This document shows, piece by piece, positions 25,242 through 28,567 of a stretch of DNA of 28,567 bases; positions within the stretch are counted from its first letter, which is position 1; each line of letters begins with the position of its first letter. Both the position numbers and the translations under genes were made by a program. The stretch is from a virus (lineage: Duplodnaviria > Caudoviricetes): positions 1 to 28,567 of IMG/VR virus record IMGVR_UViG_3300047290_000213; one strand, given 5' to 3'. Below the pieces are notes generated by a model. It searched no databases, was not told where the DNA came from, and was given only the letters and a program-made list of their open reading frames with translations.

Positions 25242-25517
25242 ATGAAATGGTTTGATCGCTGGTTTGCCCGCAAGTGTGAGTGGGCCTGGAATCAACGTCG
25301 CGACTCGGAATGTGTGCCCGTGCCCGCGGATCATCACGGACTCAATGACGGCATGAGCATACACCTCAAACAGGTGATCGGTGGACGCATCGTGACTTTC
25401 CACCGCTATGATCGCAAGCGGGACGAGAATCACAACCGCACCTATATCATTACCGATGATCAGGATTTTGAGCGTGAGCTAGGCAAGATCATTACCCTTG
25501 AGGCCATGCGCTCATGA
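25242..25517 (+). CDS. Hypothetical protein
   Basis: AGGA SD; MKWFDRWF... Confidence 0.6.
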   Translation: MKWFDRWFARKCEWAWNQRRDSECVPVPADHHGLNDGMSIHLKQVIGGRIVTFHRYDRKRDENHNRTYIITDDQDFERELGKIITLEAMRS

Positions 25518-25867
25518 TCACGTCCAACAACAGCGGCCGCTGGATGCATGTGGTACCCAGTGTCACGACGCCCCACATCAACAGCTACAGCGGTCAACCC
25601 GGCGTGGGCATGGTACGCTGGAACACCAACACCAGCTGCCTGGAAATCACAGATGGCACGAGCTGGCATCAGTACCGGCCCGGCGCCACCATCGACCTCA
25701 GCTCAGATGCCCAGAATGCCCTGTCCTGGGCCTATGCCAAGATGCAGGAGGAAGCTCAACTGGAGCAGCTGATGGACCAACACCCGGGTCTCAAAGACTG
25801 CCATGATCGGTTCCAAGTCATGCTGCGCTTGGTACAGCGTGAGTCAAATGCAACAAACTCGATTTGA
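25514..25867 (+). CDS. Hypothetical protein
   Basis: ATGA-coupled; GMVRWN..LEITDGTSW plus C-terminal helix. Confidence 0.6.
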   Translation: MITSNNSGRWMHVVPSVTTPHINSYSGQPGVGMVRWNTNTSCLEITDGTSWHQYRPGATIDLSSDAQNALSWAYAKMQEEAQLEQLMDQHPGLKDCHDRFQVMLRLVQRESNATNSI

Positions 25868-26075
25868 TCGGGAGTTCGTGCTCAAGTGGTCCGCGAACCT
25901 GGTCATCGTGGCTGCTACCATGACCACTGCCTTTGATATTACCCCAATCAACAAGCTATTTTTCTTGTTGGGCTGTATAATGTGGGCTTGGGTGGGCATG
26001 CTGTGGCGTCAGCCCAGCCTCTGGAGCCTGAACTTGTTTTGTGGCATAATTTACCTAGCAGGACTCATACAATGA
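25848..26075 (+). CDS. Small membrane protein (about 3 TM)
   Basis: Three hydrophobic stretches in 75 aa; ATGA-coupled to the next gene. Confidence 0.6.
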   Translation: MQQTRFDREFVLKWSANLVIVAATMTTAFDITPINKLFFLLGCIMWAWVGMLWRQPSLWSLNLFCGIIYLAGLIQ

Positions 26076-27598
26076 CAGAAAAACAGGACGACCTTACTGC
26101 CAAACAGCAGGACTATGCCATATTCCTCCCTGCTATCAGCGGTTTCTATGCCACCTATATCGGCAAACAACGCAGCTTTGCCTACGTGGATGCTGCACGT
26201 ATGCCCCAGGGCATACCCCACATGGAGCAGCTGAACTGGCTCAATCCACAACAGGCACTTTTCCCTTATCGTTGGAGTCTCTATTCAGCGGGACACGCGG
26301 ACCTGGATCTGACCAAGGTCAATCCCAAAGAAGACATGATCCGCAACCGAGACTCAGGTTCGATCATGGTAGCTGACTCGGGTGGATTCCAGATAGGCAA
26401 GGGCGTGTGGCCCGGTCAGTGGGCTGATCCTCGGGACAAGGCCGCCGAGAAGAAACGCGAGCAGGTGCTCAAATGGCAGATGGGTATAGCCAACTATGGC
26501 ATGACGCTGGACATACCCACATGGACCTTCCGTGACCCCAAGGCTGCTGCTGCGGCTGGTATCCACAGCTATCAGGATGCTGTCAAGGCCACGTTGTACA
26601 ACAACGATTACTGGATAGCCAATCGCTGGGGCGAGACCAAGATCTTGAACGTGCTGCAAGGCAGCAATCATGCCGAAGCTGACAACTGGTACGACCTTGT
26701 CAAGGGCTACTGTGATCCCAAAAAACACAAAAACCATTTCAACGGCTGGGGCATGGGCAATCAAAACATGTGCGACGTGCATCTGGTCTTGAAACGTCTG
26801 GTCACGCTGATACATGATGGGCTGTTGGAGCCCGGTGTACACGACTGGATGCACTTCCTGGGAACATCAAAATTGGAATGGGCCCTGTTGCTGACCGCTA
26901 TCCAGCGTGCGGTTAGACAGTATCACAATCCCAACTTTACCATAAGTTTCGACTGCGCCAGTCCTTTCTTGGCCACGGCCAATGGACAGCTCTACTACGG
27001 AACTTCAATGGAAGCTCACAAGAAATGGAGTTACCATATGGAACCCACCGCGGATCACAAGAAATATGCCACTGATGGCCGGGGGTTCCGCGATGCGGTG
27101 ATCCAAGACAAGATCCATGCTAGATTCGAAGATTCACCAGTGACCAGCAGGTTACGTGTGTCAGACATCTGCTACTACAAGCCCGGTGACCTCAACAAGG
27201 TTGGCAAAGAGGGCCGGACCAGCTGGGACAGCTTCAGCTATGCGCTGTTGATGGGGCACAATGTTTGGATGCACATCGAGGCGGTTCAACGAGCCAACCG
27301 GATGTTTGACTCGGGCACTTATCCTGCCATGATGGCCAATGATCACGACAGCCAATACGATGCCGCGGTGGTGATCGATCGCGTGTTTGCTGCACGAGAT
27401 CGAGCCAAAAGCCTAGCCATAATAGATGATCACCCCAAGGTATGGGAGAAAGTGATTGGTACCCGGGGATTTACTGGCAAACGAGCCGTGAGCGCGAGGC
27501 CCATGTTCAGCCAGCTGTTTGAGTCAGACGATGATTTGGAAGTGCAGGACCAAGACTTAGACGCAGATCGATTGGATCAATTGGAGCAGAGTGTATGA
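26072..27598 (+). CDS. dpdA: tRNA-guanine-transglycosylase-like protein, probable DNA 7-deazaguanine transglycosylase (DpdA-like)
   Basis: DSGGFQ, MTLDIP, NVLQG, HFLG and SFDCAS TGT-fold motifs; AGGA SD; QueD-like gene nearby. Confidence 0.7.
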   Translation: MTEKQDDLTAKQQDYAIFLPAISGFYATYIGKQRSFAYVDAARMPQGIPHMEQLNWLNPQQALFPYRWSLYSAGHADLDLTKVNPKEDMIRNRDSGSIMVADSGGFQIGKGVWPGQWADPRDKAAEKKREQVLKWQMGIANYGMTLDIPTWTFRDPKAAAAAGIHSYQDAVKATLYNNDYWIANRWGETKILNVLQGSNHAEADNWYDLVKGYCDPKKHKNHFNGWGMGNQNMCDVHLVLKRLVTLIHDGLLEPGVHDWMHFLGTSKLEWALLLTAIQRAVRQYHNPNFTISFDCASPFLATANGQLYYGTSMEAHKKWSYHMEPTADHKKYATDGRGFRDAVIQDKIHARFEDSPVTSRLRVSDICYYKPGDLNKVGKEGRTSWDSFSYALLMGHNVWMHIEAVQRANRMFDSGTYPAMMANDHDSQYDAAVVIDRVFAARDRAKSLAIIDDHPKVWEKVIGTRGFTGKRAVSARPMFSQLFESDDDLEVQDQDLDADRLDQLEQSV

Positions 27599-28101
27599 AC
27601 AGACTAGGACATCAACAGGTCACGTTTTTCGTGGGCACCGAGATAGAACATACTCCAGTGTATGGTCGAAAGACACTGTTTGTGGTCGGAGTACAGACCT
27701 TGTCTCAGATCCTAGAGATGGCGCAGAAAAATGATTGTGCACATATCTATTTCGGGGCTAACCGTAGCTTTGATCCCAGATCAGCAGCAGATTGGGACCA
27801 GTGGGAACACCTCGTACGACAGTGCCTAGACCATGGCTACTGGTGCACACTGGATTTTGACGTCAGTGTTGCCGAACTGGTTGCAGAGACCAGCCTAGTG
27901 GAGTACAATACATTCATACCCATGATCAGTGTCAAGATCCCTTACGTGCGGCAGATGAACTATAATGCAGTGGTCAAGATCGATGACAAGGATTTTGCAG
28001 CGACCAATCCTGGGGTATGGTGTCACAGATTACACGATCTCCAATCCACAAACTGCTTTACTGATTGGAGCCAATACGGCAATGATGAGATCGTATCATG
28101 A
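27595..28101 (+). CDS. Hypothetical protein within the deazaguanine cluster
   Basis: ATGA-coupled on both sides; HIYFGANRSF. Confidence 0.6.
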   Translation: MNRLGHQQVTFFVGTEIEHTPVYGRKTLFVVGVQTLSQILEMAQKNDCAHIYFGANRSFDPRSAADWDQWEHLVRQCLDHGYWCTLDFDVSVAELVAETSLVEYNTFIPMISVKIPYVRQMNYNAVVKIDDKDFAATNPGVWCHRLHDLQSTNCFTDWSQYGNDEIVS

Positions 28102-28526
28102 CTGATCCGCGAGCACAGGCCTTGGCCGAACAGGCAGCTAGGATCATGCAACAGGCAAAACGCAAAATCTGGGTTACCTTCCAGAGAGCAGGCTTTCATA
28201 GATATCCGGCTGCTGGTGAAGATCCTCAACTGGCAGACGTTGGGTACCTTGCTAATAAACACAGGCATCTATTCAAGTTCCGAGTTGAGATCGAAGTATT
28301 CCACAACGATCGCGAACTGGAGTTTCATCAGGTGCTGAATTATTGTGAGTCTTTGTATCAAGATCAACTTGACATAGATTTCAAAAGTGTAGAAATGTTG
28401 GCAGATGATTTGTATATGCATCTAATCGCCAAGTATCCTGGCAGGAATATGGCCATTGAAGTCAGCGAAGACGGTGAGTGTGGTTGTCGAATCGAGTATC
28501 AGATTCCCCGCGTAACTATCCGGTAA
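28098..28526 (+). CDS. queD: QueD/PTPS-like (T-fold) 6-carboxytetrahydropterin synthase
   Basis: FH..HRHLF, SVEMLA and IEVSE motifs match the PTPS Zn/T-fold layout. Confidence 0.6.
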   Translation: MTDPRAQALAEQAARIMQQAKRKIWVTFQRAGFHRYPAAGEDPQLADVGYLANKHRHLFKFRVEIEVFHNDRELEFHQVLNYCESLYQDQLDIDFKSVEMLADDLYMHLIAKYPGRNMAIEVSEDGECGCRIEYQIPRVTIR

Positions 28527-28567
28527 TCTTCATACAATTTCTCTATGGTTATAGAACACTTGTTATA

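Noticed and set aside
25514-25867. Tail-fibre assignment from the GMVRWN..DGTSW motif
   Set aside because: The protein is only 117 aa and lies in a replication-type operon; one short motif is insufficient.
1-28567. Stop-codon reassignment
   Set aside because: Genes are full length under the standard code, and TAG, TGA and TAA all end genes at plausible boundaries.

Overview
A 28.6-kb fragment of a large T4-like (myovirus-type) dsDNA phage genome, densely coding, with no rRNA, tRNA or CRISPR seen. From left to right: (1) a free-standing GIY-YIG/Seg-like homing endonuclease with a structured leader; (2) a late-promoter (TAAATA) region of about 9 kb, plus a second block at 15.9-18.3 kb. Most proteins there start with a shared M-x-[hydrophobic]-x-[ED]-[ILFV] peptide resembling the T4 capsid-targeting sequence, and several are multi-module fusions joined by [VL]-x-E-[GAS]-type linkers (HAD nucleotidase + kinase, GNAT + GH19 lysozyme, a possible ADP-ribosyltransferase, and a polyprotein of about 7 modules). 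Zincin, GNAT and ParB-like genes sit among them; (3) a convergent glycan-modification-like cluster (two glycosyltransferase-like proteins, PIG-L deacetylase, SGNH, methyltransferase, radical SAM); (4) auxiliary genes dps and pit; (5) replication genes (DsbA-like DNA-binding protein, family B polymerase, sliding clamp); (6) the start of a 7-deazaguanine DNA-modification cluster (TGT/DpdA-like, QueD-like). The most interesting candidate system is a set of capsid-packaged, prohead-protease-processed effector polyproteins whose modules are bounded by a repeat also conserved at DNA level. All family calls are from motif recognition by eye, not database searches.
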